Source: Acidimicrobiales bacterium (lineage in GTDB: Bacteria; Actinomycetota; Acidimicrobiia; Acidimicrobiales; Bog-793). Taken from it: a stretch of DNA of 64,000 bases. The DNA lies in the NCBI GenBank assembly GCA_050015255.1, contig JBEKBT010000015.1:3117-67116 (forward strand), given 5' to 3'. The stretch's first letter is position 1; the number at the start of each line of letters is the position of its first letter. A program made the position numbers and the translations under genes. This document shows, in pieces, positions 19,216-28,342 of this stretch. Below the pieces are notes generated by a model. The model searched no databases and was not told the origin of the DNA. It saw only the letters and a list, made by a program, of their open reading frames with translations.

Positions 19216-20221
19216 CACCGCCAGCCTCGTGCGATGCGTCCGGCAGATGCGCCGAATACCCGGCGACCACGTCGGTGACATAGGCGCGGTCCGTGTGATC
19301 GTCGACGAACCCGAGCGAGAAATAGAGCCTGCGCGCCGCCACATTGTCGTGATCGACGTAGAGCATGCCCGTGGTCACGCCGCGCTCGTACAGCGAGGCG
19401 AGACCGGCGAGCACCAGCTGGCGCCCGAGACCGTGGCCCTGGAAGTCGGGATCGACCGCGATCACATAGATCTCGCCGAGTTGTTGCTTGAGGCCGTCGT
19501 CCATCACATCGTCCTCGGGCTCGTGGACCTTCGTCCAGCAGAAGCCCGCCAGGCGACCGTCTCGTTCGTGCAGCAGGAACCCGCGCGGATCGAACCACGG
19601 TTGACGCTCGCGCTCTTGGATGGTGGCGAGATCCCATGAGCCCTGCTCGGGATGACCGCGGAACGCCCGATTGTTCACCTCCAGCCAGGCCAGCTCATCC
19701 TCGCCGGGCCGAAACGGCCGCACCGAGATCGCCGCGCTCTCCTCGGTAATGGGTAGCGCACGCCGCATCTGAACGAGGTCGCGGCCGCGTCGCATGCCGA
19801 CAGCCTCTGCCACGGCGTCATCTATCGGCCCCGGCTTGGGCACCCACAAGTGCACGTGGCCACCGCCCTGGGACTCGATCACCCTGAGCGCCGTGCTGAG
19901 CAGCTCGGTCTGGAGCTCGGCTCCGGTCGTGGCTCGCCAGCGAGGATGCACGACGTACTCGACGGCCCAGTTCGCGTCTTTGCCCCGGCTGATCTGCGCG
20001 TAAGCGATGACGCGTTCTCGACCGCTCTCCCGAGCCACGAATCCGGCGAAGCCCTCACGACCGCCTTGGACCAGATCGAGCCACTGGTGCTCGCCGAGCG
20101 CGCGATGGCCGTCGGCCACGGTCGCTGCCTCGAGCAAGGACGAGATGGCAGCAATGTCGGCTTCTCCCATCCTGCGCTTGATCTCGACGTTGTGCACTTG
20201 GCGAACATACCGTCTGTTCAC
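19205..20221 (-). CDS. mshD: mycothiol synthase (two-domain GNAT acetyltransferase)
   Basis: Two GNAT halves. The C-terminal half matches MshD closely by eye (NNRAFRGHPEQGSW, WFDPRGFLL, GFCWTKVH, GEIYVIAVDP..QGHGLGRQL, MLYVDHDNVAARRLYFSLGF). The start is uncertain (20221, or the ATG at 20170). Confidence 0.8.
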   Translation of the reverse strand: MNRRYVRQVHNVEIKRRMGEADIAAISSLLEAATVADGHRALGEHQWLDLVQGGREGFAGFVARESGRERVIAYAQISRGKDANWAVEYVVHPRWRATTGAELQTELLSTALRVIESQGGGHVHLWVPKPGPIDDAVAEAVGMRRGRDLVQMRRALPITEESAAISVRPFRPGEDELAWLEVNNRAFRGHPEQGSWDLATIQERERQPWFDPRGFLLHERDGRLAGFCWTKVHEPEDDVMDDGLKQQLGEIYVIAVDPDFQGHGLGRQLVLAGLASLYERGVTTGMLYVDHDNVAARRLYFSLGFVDDHTDRAYVTDVVAGYSAHLPDASHEAGGDER

Positions 20222-20258
20222 CGCTGGTTCGCCGTCAGCGCGTGGCTACGATCCAAAG

Positions 20259-21011
20259 ATGCCCAGCGTGCCGAGCACCCGACCCCCGAGTGGCGGCGGC
20301 CGTGCGAGCGGCACCGGCCGCGCCAGTGGCGGCGGTCTCGCTAGCGGCACCGGCCGCGCCAGCCGGCGCCCCCGCCCCCTGGCCCGGGCCCGTAAGATCG
20401 CCGACCGCCTTGCCGAGGCGTATCCGGGGTCTGCGAGCGACCTGTGCGCGCTGGACCACCGCAGCCCGTTCGAGCTGCTCATCGCCACGATCCTCTCTGC
20501 CCAGTGCACCGACGAGCGCGTCAACCTCGTGATGCCGGCGCTGTTCGAGCGTTACCCGACACCCCAAGCTTTGGCCAGCGCAGACCGTGGGGAGCTCGAG
20601 AACCTCATCCGGTCCACGGGCTTCTTCCGTTCCAAGGCCGACCACATCATCGGGGCCTCGGAGGCGATCGTCATGCGTTACTCGGGCGAGACGCCCCGGA
20701 CGATGGAGGAGCTGACCACACTCCCGGGAGTTGGCCGCAAGACCGCCAACGTGGTGCTCTCCGTCGGCTTCGGCCTTCCTGGGCTGCCCGTGGACACCCA
20801 TGTGGCGAGAGTGAGCCAACGCCTCCAGTTGACCGATTCGTCCGACCCGAACAAGATCGAACAAGACCTCTGCGCGCTGTATCCCCCTGATGAGTGGGGT
20901 GCGTTCAGCTCCCGGCTCATCCTGCACGGCCGGAGGGTGTGCCCCGCGCGCCGGCCTCGTTGCGATATCTGCGAGCTCGCCGACCTTTGTCCGTCGAGGG
21001 GCAAATTCTGA
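20259..21011 (+). CDS. nth: endonuclease III
   Basis: Motifs PFELLIATILSAQCTDERVN, the helix-hairpin-helix LPGVGRKTANVV, and the 4Fe-4S cluster CPARRPRCDICELADLC. Trimmed to the ATG at 20259. Confidence 0.9.
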   Translation: MPSVPSTRPPSGGGRASGTGRASGGGLASGTGRASRRPRPLARARKIADRLAEAYPGSASDLCALDHRSPFELLIATILSAQCTDERVNLVMPALFERYPTPQALASADRGELENLIRSTGFFRSKADHIIGASEAIVMRYSGETPRTMEELTTLPGVGRKTANVVLSVGFGLPGLPVDTHVARVSQRLQLTDSSDPNKIEQDLCALYPPDEWGAFSSRLILHGRRVCPARRPRCDICELADLCPSRGKF

Positions 21012-21160
21012 CGAGCGCGTGAATTCTCTGTGAGTCTCGTGACAGGTTTGTGACTTGCGGCAATTCGCCGGGACCGGGACGCTAACTTCGGCTCAAGGAA
21101 CCGGTTCCCGCCACCTGGTTCCAACGAGCGGAACCGGGATCCGCCGCCCGATCCGCTCAC

Positions 21161-21185
21161 CGACGGCGCCCTCGGGGCGCCGTCG
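21161..21185. terminator. GC-rich hairpin, candidate bidirectional terminator
   Basis: cgacggcgcc-ctcgg-ggcgccgtcg forms a perfect 10-bp stem with a 5-nt loop. It lies 26 nt downstream of the stop of the minus-strand small ORF and 150 nt downstream of nth. There is no U-tract. Confidence 0.4.
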
Positions 21186-21210
21186 GCGCGTCCGGGCAAG
21201 CTCCTGAGGG

Positions 21211-21420
21211 TCATCTCGCGCCTGCCAGCAGCCGCTCGAGGCGACGCACGGCACCGGCGAGAGCACGCTCCACCGCGATGAGGTCCGAGCCCACGTCGTC
21301 CCTCTTGGCCGCAATGGCGGCGTCCGCGAGCGTTGTCACGCGACGACCTATCTGCTCGAGCGAGGAAGCGATCGAGGACAGCTCGGAGAACTCCGACGGC
21401 TCGAGGACTTGTGGTGCCAT
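21211..21420 (-). CDS. small hypothetical protein (69 aa, predicted helical)
   Basis: This is the only ORF filling the gap divergent from hisD. Its composition is acidic and helical rather than Arg-rich shadow-like. I recognise no family. Confidence 0.35.
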   Translation of the reverse strand: MAPQVLEPSEFSELSSIASSLEQIGRRVTTLADAAIAAKRDDVGSDLIAVERALAGAVRRLERLLAGAR

Positions 21421-21481
21421 ACCGCCATCATCGCCGATCCGCGCTCACGATTGGGATCTGGCCGGCGGATACGCTGCCTGC

Positions 21482-22783
21482 ATGCTCCGACGTCTTGACC
21501 TGCGGGCAGGCGCGCCCGACTTTGGTGGCGCGCTCCCGCGACCTGACCTCGCCGGCCGGGGCCCGGTGGAAGAGGTTCGTGCGATCGTCGAGGACGTCAA
21601 GGTACGAGGGGACGCGGCGCTACGGGAGTGCACGGCCCGTTTCGACAAGGTCGACATCGACGAGATCCGAGTGCCCGTCACAGAGATCGACGCGGCGCCC
21701 GATCGCTTGCAGCCGGCACTCCTTGGGGCGCTCACCGAAGCTGCCCGCTCCATCGAGTTGTTCCACCGCCACCGAGCACCGAACCCGGGCACCTTCGAGC
21801 GCAACGGGATCGAGGTCGACCTGCTCGAGCTTCCCGTCGCCCGCGCCGGAGTGTATGTCCCGGGTGGGCGGGCGAGCTATCCCTCGAGCGTGCTCATGAG
21901 CGCCATCCCGGCCCGGGTCGCAGGCGTGGAGGGCATTGCCCTCTGTGTGCCGCCCGCGCCGGACGGCTCCATCCCGGCCGAGGTGCTCGCAGCCGCAAGC
22001 TTGGCCGGGGTGGACGAGCTCTACCGCATCGGGGGCGCGCAGGCGATCGCCGCCATGGCCTACGGCACTGAGACCGTCGCCCGCGTCGATGTCATCGTCG
22101 GACCCGGGAGCCGGCGCGTGTCGCTCGCCAAGCTCGAGGTCCGCGGTGCCGTCGGCATGCCGGCTTCCTTCGCCGGGCCCTCAGAAGTTGTGGTGATCGC
22201 GGACGAGACGGTCCCGGTCGACTACGTGGCCATCGACCTCGTCGTCCAGGCCGAGCACGGCCCCGATGGGCTCGCTTGGCTCATCACATGGTCCGAGCCG
22301 GTACTGCAGGCTGTGACCGATGCCGTCACCCGGTTCGTCGAGGAGTCACCCCGTCGCGCCGAGATCGAGGCGACGCTCGCGGGCGGAGGCTACGCAGTGC
22401 TCGTCGACGGACCGGAGGCAGCCATGGCGGTGTCGAACGAGATAGCGCCCGAGCACCTGGAGCTCTGCTGCAGCGACCCGCACGCGATGGTTCCCCTCGT
22501 GCGCAACGCGGGCGCGGTCTTTGTCGGTCCGTACGCGCCCGCATCGCTCGGCGATTACCTCGCCGGGCCGAGTCACACGCTGCCGACCTTCCGGTCCGCG
22601 CGGTATTCGAGCGCGCTCGGCGTGGAGGACTTCCTCCGCAGGGTGCACGTGATCTCCGCGGACCGCCGCGCGCTCAGTCGCGTCGCGCCTTACGTTGCCG
22701 CGATCGCGAACGCGGAAGGGCTTCCCGCCCACGCCCGGTCGGTTGTCCTGCGCTCGGAGCCCGAGGAGCAGGAAGGCACATGA
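21482..22783 (+). CDS. hisD: histidinol dehydrogenase
   Basis: Motifs VYVPGGRASYPSSVLM, GGAQAIAAMAYGT and VVQAEHGPDG. Trimmed to the ATG at 21482 (433 aa). Confidence 0.92.
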   Translation: MLRRLDLRAGAPDFGGALPRPDLAGRGPVEEVRAIVEDVKVRGDAALRECTARFDKVDIDEIRVPVTEIDAAPDRLQPALLGALTEAARSIELFHRHRAPNPGTFERNGIEVDLLELPVARAGVYVPGGRASYPSSVLMSAIPARVAGVEGIALCVPPAPDGSIPAEVLAAASLAGVDELYRIGGAQAIAAMAYGTETVARVDVIVGPGSRRVSLAKLEVRGAVGMPASFAGPSEVVVIADETVPVDYVAIDLVVQAEHGPDGLAWLITWSEPVLQAVTDAVTRFVEESPRRAEIEATLAGGGYAVLVDGPEAAMAVSNEIAPEHLELCCSDPHAMVPLVRNAGAVFVGPYAPASLGDYLAGPSHTLPTFRSARYSSALGVEDFLRRVHVISADRRALSRVAPYVAAIANAEGLPAHARSVVLRSEPEEQEGT

Positions 22784-23895
22784 GCCGAGACGGGACCGGC
22801 GGCCCCGCCCCCGGCGAGCCCCGGCGGGAAGTCGCCCTGCGGCCCGGCTACCACTCGCCTCAGGTGGAGGTCGACGTCCGCCTCAACACGAACGAGTCGC
22901 CAGAGCCTCCTCCGCAGGCCTTTGTCGAGGCGCTTGCCGACGAGCTGCGCTCGATCCCGCTGCATCGCTACCCCGATCGTGAAGCCGTGGCGCTGCGGAC
23001 GGCGCTCGCAACCCACCATGGGGTCTCAGCCGAGCAGGTGTTCTGCGCCAACGGCTCGAACGAGGCGATCCAGTGCCTCCTGCTCGCCTACGGTGGCTCG
23101 AACAGGCCCGCGATGCTGTTCGAGCCGACCTACGCCCTGCACTCCCATATCGCCAGGCTCACCGGGACACCGGTGGTCGCAGGCGGGCGGGACGACGCCT
23201 TCAAAGTCGAGCTCGCCGAAGTCGCCCGGACGGTCACGGCTTCGGTCGAACTGTACGGACCGGCCGCCCCTGCTGTCACCTTCCTCTGCTCGCCGAACAA
23301 CCCGACCGGTGGTGTCGAGGCGATAGAGACCATCCGGGCCGTCCTGGCTCTCGTGCCGGGGATCCTCGTCGTCGACGAGGCTTACGGGCAATTCGCCCCG
23401 TCGTCCGCACTCGAGTTGCTCGACTTCGACCCCCGCCTTGTCGTGCTGCGCACCTTCTCGAAGACCTGGGCGCTGGCAGGCCTGCGCCTCGGCTATGCCA
23501 TCGCCGACCCGGGCGTGGTGGCCTCGCTGTCGAATGTGGCGCTTCCGTACCATCTCGACGCGTTGAAACAGGCCGCGGGTTGCCTGGCCCTCGGCTTCGA
23601 GAGCGAGATGCGCGCCCGCGTGGCGGCCACCGTCGAGGAACGAGGACGGGTCGCGACCGCCCTCGGGGACCTTCCCGTCGACGTGTGGCCGTCCGACGCC
23701 AACTTCATCCTGTTCCGTGCCGGATCACAAGATGGCTCCGCCGTCTGGAAGGGCCTGCTCGATCACTCGGTGCTGGTCCGCGACGTCTCGGACTGGCCAG
23801 GGCTCGAAGGCTGCCTGCGCGTCACCATCGGCACGGCCTCAGAGAACGACCGTTTCCTCTCGGCCTTGGCCGATGTCCTCTCGGCCCGGTCGTGA
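22780..23895 (+). CDS. hisC: histidinol-phosphate aminotransferase
   Basis: Motifs LNTNESP and RYPD, plus the PLP-lysine motif FSKTWALAGLRLGY. The ATG at 22780 overlaps the hisD stop (ATGA). Confidence 0.9.
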   Translation: MSRDGTGGPAPGEPRREVALRPGYHSPQVEVDVRLNTNESPEPPPQAFVEALADELRSIPLHRYPDREAVALRTALATHHGVSAEQVFCANGSNEAIQCLLLAYGGSNRPAMLFEPTYALHSHIARLTGTPVVAGGRDDAFKVELAEVARTVTASVELYGPAAPAVTFLCSPNNPTGGVEAIETIRAVLALVPGILVVDEAYGQFAPSSALELLDFDPRLVVLRTFSKTWALAGLRLGYAIADPGVVASLSNVALPYHLDALKQAAGCLALGFESEMRARVAATVEERGRVATALGDLPVDVWPSDANFILFRAGSQDGSAVWKGLLDHSVLVRDVSDWPGLEGCLRVTIGTASENDRFLSALADVLSARS

Positions 23896-23940
23896 CCTCC
23901 GGGGGGTCGGCGGCTCCCGCTCACGACCCGAGCGGAGGTC
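23894..23940. terminator. imperfect long hairpin between convergent hisC and pstB
   Basis: The outer stem gacctccg/cggaggtc (8 bp) and inner stem gggtcg/cgaccc (6 bp) begin inside the hisC stop codon. Confidence 0.4.
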
Positions 23941-23960
23941 CTCCGCGCCCGGCGTCGTCC

Positions 23961-24830
23961 TCAGCCGAAGCGGCCCTGGATGTAGTCCAAGGTCCTTTGG
24001 TCGTCCGGTTCCGAGAACAACTTCCTCGTGGGCGCCACCTCGATCTGTTCTCCGGCCCTGTCCTCACCCATCAGGAAGAAGGCGCATAGGTCCGACACAC
24101 GCGCTGCCTGTTGCATGTTGTGCGTGACGATGATGATCGTGACACGGGACTTGAGCTCACCGAGGAGCTCCTCGATGAGCCGCGTCGAGATCGGGTCGAG
24201 GGAGGAGGTCGGCTCATCCATCAAGAGGACCTCGGGCTCCACGGCGAGTGCCCGTGCGATACACAAGCGTTGCTGCTCGCCCCCGGAAAGCGTCGAGGCG
24301 TGAGCTTTCAGCCGGTCCACGACCGAGTCCCAGAGAGCAGCCGCGACGAGAGAGGACTCGGCAGCTTCGTCGAGAACTGATTTCTTGTGTATCCCGTTGA
24401 ACTTCAGGCCTGAGACGACGTTCTCGTAGATCGACATCGTGGGAAACGGGTTAGGCCTTTGGAAGACCATTCCAACACGGGTTCGCAACAGAGTCGGGGG
24501 AATCTCACCCCTGTAGATGTCGGTGTCCCCCAGCATCAGCTTGCCGGTCACGACAGCTCCCTTGGTGAGATCGTGCAACCGGTTGATGGCTCGCAACAGG
24601 GTCGTCTTGCCAGAACCCGAGGGACCGATGAGGGCCGTGACCTTGTTCTTCGGGACGTCGAAGGTCGCGTCGCGTATCGCCGTGCGCCCGCTGAACGACA
24701 CGGCCACGTCCTCCAGCCGCATCGCGACCGGGCCCGACCGCACGTCGCCATCCTGGCTTGGCGTCTGGGTCACCAACACGGGGACCATGGTGCTCGGGTC
24801 CACAGCTACCGCCTCTCTCTTCGGAGCCAC
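23961..24830 (-). CDS. pstB: phosphate ABC transporter ATP-binding protein
   Basis: Walker A (GPSGSGKTT), signature ([15 protein letters not shown]) and Walker B ([12 protein letters not shown]). The start could instead be the ATG at 24788. Confidence 0.92.
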   Translation of the reverse strand: MAPKREAVAVDPSTMVPVLVTQTPSQDGDVRSGPVAMRLEDVAVSFSGRTAIRDATFDVPKNKVTALIGPSGSGKTTLLRAINRLHDLTKGAVVTGKLMLGDTDIYRGEIPPTLLRTRVGMVFQRPNPFPTMSIYENVVSGLKFNGIHKKSVLDEAAESSLVAAALWDSVVDRLKAHASTLSGGEQQRLCIARALAVEPEVLLMDEPTSSLDPISTRLIEELLGELKSRVTIIIVTHNMQQAARVSDLCAFFLMGEDRAGEQIEVAPTRKLFSEPDDQRTLDYIQGRFG

Positions 24831-25762
24831 GCCGCGAGAAGGCGGCTACCCAAATTAAGGAACAGAACGATGATCACCAGCGTAAGGGCGATCCCCCAGG
24901 TCTCCGCTCGCAGCGAAGTGTACGGAGAGGTGGACGACTGGAAGATCTGCAGCGGCATCGAGGCCATCTCGTGCATCGGGTTCCAGGTGACGATGGTCGA
25001 CGCGCCGATCACCCACAGGATGGGTGCCGTCTCGCCCACTGCCCGGGACAGGGCCAGGAGCACCGCGGTGATGAGACCGGGGAGTGCAGTCGGTATCACC
25101 ACCTTGCGCGAGACAACTCCGTTGCGGGCCCCGAGTGCGAGAGCGGCTTCTCGGATCGTGAAGGGCACGCTTCGCAATGCGTTCTCAGAGGCCTTGATGA
25201 TGATCGGGACCATGAGAATGCCGAGCGCGAAGCTCCCGGCGATTCCCGCGAAGCCTATGCCCGGCAGCTTTATGCCCCATTCGTGAAACCCGATCACTAG
25301 CATCTGATACGCGAAGATGCCGAGCAGGATCGAGGGCAGCCCGGTCATGATCTCGGCTGTCATTCGCAACGCGTTGGCGAGCTGTCCATCCGACTCGGCC
25401 AGGAAAAGCCCCGTGACGACGCCGATCGGGATCGCGATCACTGCCGCCAGGGTATCGATGACGAGCGACCCGATGAGCGCGTTGGCGATTCCCCCGATGT
25501 CGTCGGGATAGAGAAGTGACGGGAACTGCGGGCTCTCCGTGAAGAAGTCGATGCTCCACCAGCGGAGACCCTTTTGCACGAGCGAGAACAAGATCGCGAA
25601 GAGGGGTATCAGCGCGAGGAGGAGGGCGAAGCCGCAGAGCCCGACCACCACCTGGGACCTGAGCATGCGCCGCTTCAGCGTCTTGTGCGCCACTTGCTGG
25701 ATCAGCTCGCGCCGCTCGAGCATCGGATCTGGCGGTACCCCTTCGATCGTTGTGGACATCAT
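24806..25762 (-). CDS. pstA: phosphate ABC transporter permease PstA
   Basis: Polytopic permease with an EAA-like loop (REAALALGA). Trimmed to the ATG at 25762, which overlaps the pstC stop. Confidence 0.9.
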   Translation of the reverse strand: MMSTTIEGVPPDPMLERRELIQQVAHKTLKRRMLRSQVVVGLCGFALLLALIPLFAILFSLVQKGLRWWSIDFFTESPQFPSLLYPDDIGGIANALIGSLVIDTLAAVIAIPIGVVTGLFLAESDGQLANALRMTAEIMTGLPSILLGIFAYQMLVIGFHEWGIKLPGIGFAGIAGSFALGILMVPIIIKASENALRSVPFTIREAALALGARNGVVSRKVVIPTALPGLITAVLLALSRAVGETAPILWVIGASTIVTWNPMHEMASMPLQIFQSSTSPYTSLRAETWGIALTLVIIVLFLNLGSRLLAAWLRRERR

Positions 25763-26745
25763 CCGAACTGTGCCTGTGCTCCCGAACGCTGGATGAGCCG
25801 ACGGCCGATCCAGTTCACGATCGCGGTCATAGCCATCAAGATCACCGCAAGGGCACCAAGGGCGGCGACTTGCAGCGGCGTCGCGTCCTGGAACTGGAGT
25901 GCGATCGTCGAGGCGAGCGTGGAGGCCGTCGAGAGCAGCGAGTGCGGGAAGAGCGGGTTCAGACCGATGACCATGGCGACAGCCACCGTCTCGCCAAGAG
26001 CCCGTGCAGTCGCTAGCGTCACGGCGCCAACGATGCCCGTTCGTGCCGCGGGCAGGACGACCCTCGACAGCACCTGCCACTTCGTGGCGCCGATGCTGAG
26101 TGCCCCTTCGAACTGGTCGTTGGGAACGACCGCGATCGCGTCTCTCGAAAGCGCCACGATCATCGGCAGGATCATGACGAACAGCACGCAGCCGGCGAGC
26201 AGCACCCCGACGCCCTCGAAGGGAGGGTTGAAGGGCCAGTGGCCATTTGTTATGTCGGCCAGGTCAGGTTCCACGGTCTTCTCGAACCAGGGGGCGAGAA
26301 CCAACAGGCCCCAGAGTCCGTACACGACGCTCGGCACTGCGGCGAGAAGCTCCACGAGTGACGAGGCGAAGATTCGGGCCCTGCCAGGAAGCACGTGCAC
26401 TATCGCAAGTGCAGATCCGATCCCGATCGGGATTGCGAGGACGAGCGCGATGGCCGTCGTCAGCAAGGTGCCGGCGATGATGGGAAGGGCGCCGAAGGAG
26501 TCTGTCGCCTGACTCCAAGTTCTGCCGTAGAGGATCGACAGACCCGAGTGGCGCCAGGCGGGGACCGAGGAGACGATGACACTGATCAGGAAGACCACGC
26601 AGATCAGCGCGAACAGACCGGAGACGCCGTAGAGGATGAGCAAATACGCCCAATCGCTCTTGACCGAGAAGAGTTTCCCCCTCTCGGCCAAGAGCGGATC
26701 CGGCATCCCTGGACTAGAGACTGCTAAGGGAGGAGTGGTCGTCAA
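25759..26745 (-). CDS. pstC: phosphate ABC transporter permease PstC
   Basis: 328-aa polytopic permease with FEGALSIGATKWQ, in the pstSCAB gene order. Confidence 0.9.
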   Translation of the reverse strand: MTTTPPLAVSSPGMPDPLLAERGKLFSVKSDWAYLLILYGVSGLFALICVVFLISVIVSSVPAWRHSGLSILYGRTWSQATDSFGALPIIAGTLLTTAIALVLAIPIGIGSALAIVHVLPGRARIFASSLVELLAAVPSVVYGLWGLLVLAPWFEKTVEPDLADITNGHWPFNPPFEGVGVLLAGCVLFVMILPMIVALSRDAIAVVPNDQFEGALSIGATKWQVLSRVVLPAARTGIVGAVTLATARALGETVAVAMVIGLNPLFPHSLLSTASTLASTIALQFQDATPLQVAALGALAVILMAMTAIVNWIGRRLIQRSGAQAQFG

Positions 26746-26808
26746 ACCTCAGCCTTACTGTTCACTCAGCCGTGTCTCGCTTTGGGATTATTGCAACAAG
26801 TCTGTGGC

Positions 26809-28011
26809 TTACGAACCGTTGGTGGTCAGCAGCACCTGGTTGTGCGAACCCGTGCATTTCAGCAGCGTGCTGCGTGCCAGCGCCTGAATGTTGGTGGGAA
26901 GCGGGACGTAGCCCTGCAGGGCGGCGACGTCCTGTCCAGCGGTCGTCCCGTTCACCGCGCCCGAGTGCGACAGCCAGTCGAGGTACTTCACGAGAAGGGT
27001 CCCCACGGCATCGTTAGTCTGGGACTTCCAGATGACTGCCCACGTGTAGCCGGCAATCGGGTACGTCTTGGAGCCCCACTGGTAGACAATCGAGAAGCCC
27101 GTCGGTGAGATCGCCGGCCTGGCGGCCGCGGCGAGAGAGACGCCCTCGACCGAGGGCAGGACGGCGTCGCCCGACTTGTTCACGATCGCCCCGACTCCCT
27201 TGATCAGGTTCGGGTTGAGGAGCAGGTAGGAGTACTCGACATAGCCGATCGCGTAGGGCGTGTTCTCGATGTCAGAGGCGACACCGGCGTTCCCGCTTCC
27301 CGCGATGCCGAAAGTAGGCAGCGAGAGCGGGGTCTTTGCGGGCACGGTCGTCCACACCGTCGGAGCGGCAGCGTGCAGGAAGTTCGTGAAGATGTACGTC
27401 GTACCCGATGAGTCCCCACGGGCGACGACAATGATCCTGTCGTGCGGCAGCTTGACCTTCGGGTTCAGGCCCTGGATGGCGGCGGAGTTCCAATAAAAGA
27501 CCTTGCCCAGGTAGATGTTGGCGAGCACGGTCGCGTTGAAGACGAGCGACTTGACCTTGAGGCCGGGAATGTTGAAAGGAATCGCTACCCCTCCGAGGCC
27601 GATCGGGATCTGCAAGAACTCGGACGTCGTGTACTGGTCGCCGGCAGGCTCGTTCTTGTTGATGTCGGCCTGGGCCATGGGCACGTCAGTGCCGCCCCAG
27701 TTGACTAGCTTCTTGATGACGTCCGCCTCGCCCGTGCCCGAGCCGACCGCCTGGTAGCCGTTGATCGTGGCATTCGGATTGTGGGCCGTGTAGAGAGCCT
27801 GTGCGGCATTCTCCAAGGGTGCGGCGAAGGTCGACCCCGCGCCGCCGATGGTCGCGGCCGTGCTCAGCTGCATGTCGGCCGCGAGGTACGGGTCGGCGCC
27901 GCGTGCCTCGGCGCCCGCGCCCGGGATGACCGACATCGCCGCCAGTGAGATGGCCGAGATGACGACCGCTGTGGTGCCGAGCGCAAGCCGAACGGTCCTT
28001 TTCATCTTCAT
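26809..28011 (-). CDS. pstS: phosphate-binding protein PstS (secreted or lipoprotein-like)
   Basis: N-terminal signal sequence (MKMKRTVRLALGTTAVVISAISLAA). PBP-like motifs GAGSTFAAP and YQAVGSGTG. Confidence 0.9.
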   Translation of the reverse strand: MKMKRTVRLALGTTAVVISAISLAAMSVIPGAGAEARGADPYLAADMQLSTAATIGGAGSTFAAPLENAAQALYTAHNPNATINGYQAVGSGTGEADVIKKLVNWGGTDVPMAQADINKNEPAGDQYTTSEFLQIPIGLGGVAIPFNIPGLKVKSLVFNATVLANIYLGKVFYWNSAAIQGLNPKVKLPHDRIIVVARGDSSGTTYIFTNFLHAAAPTVWTTVPAKTPLSLPTFGIAGSGNAGVASDIENTPYAIGYVEYSYLLLNPNLIKGVGAIVNKSGDAVLPSVEGVSLAAAARPAISPTGFSIVYQWGSKTYPIAGYTWAVIWKSQTNDAVGTLLVKYLDWLSHSGAVNGTTAGQDVAALQGYVPLPTNIQALARSTLLKCTGSHNQVLLTTNGS

Positions 28012-28139
28012 ATGAGTCTCTACCTCCGTGCAGTCCTCTGTAGTTGGTCTCTGCCCTGTCCATCGGTTCCCCAGTAGGCCTCGCCGCGCGACGCGAGCGT
28101 GGCCCTGGCGTCCGTTTCAGATGACAGTAGGATGACTGA

Positions 28140-28189
28140 GTGAACTGAAGCTGTCCGCGTGATTCCCTCAAAGTGAACTCTGGGTAAAC
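28140..28189 (-). promoter_or_regulatory. candidate PHO boxes (11-nt phased GTTYAC direct repeats) upstream of pstS
   Basis: The minus strand reads GTTTACCCAGA GTTCACTTTGA ... (22 nt) ... GTTCACTCAGT. The hexamers lie at 28189-28184, 28178-28173 and 28145-28140, offsets of 11 and 44 nt, and sit 130-180 nt upstream of the pstS start. This resembles actinobacterial PhoP-type 11-nt direct repeat units with a GTTCA core. Confidence 0.45.
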
Positions 28190-28342
28190 TTTGCCTTCTC
28201 ACTGGACGTGGTACGGCCTTGCCAAGGGACAGTGGTCGCCGACACGACGAAATCGGGCAGATGTGACTGAACCGCTGTCAACATCGCTCGGCGAAGCCGC
28301 CGTCCCAGAGCGCCCGGAGATCGCGCCGCTAGAGTGACTGAC

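Noticed and set aside
21012-21210. A tRNA or other known RNA gene in the largest convergent spacer.
   Set aside because: There is no cloverleaf, no GTTCGAATC-type T-loop and no anticodon stem arrangement. It is kept only as an unexplained structured region in the findings.
21421-21481. A possible histidine attenuator leader peptide upstream of hisD (a CAT CAT pair at about 21426-21431).
   Set aside because: There are only two His codons. The frame has no nearby stop and runs on into hisD out of frame, and there is no terminator/antiterminator hairpin pair. The 61-bp gap is better explained as a simple divergent promoter region.
26809-28011. pstS (and likewise the peroxiredoxin gene 56176..56811) looks less GC-rich by eye than its neighbours, which could hint at horizontal transfer.
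   Set aside because: Both genes sit in conserved operon or housekeeping context with no flanking mobility genes, repeats or tRNAs. Lower GC is better explained by amino-acid composition and the codon usage of highly expressed secreted or antioxidant proteins. GC content was not computed here.
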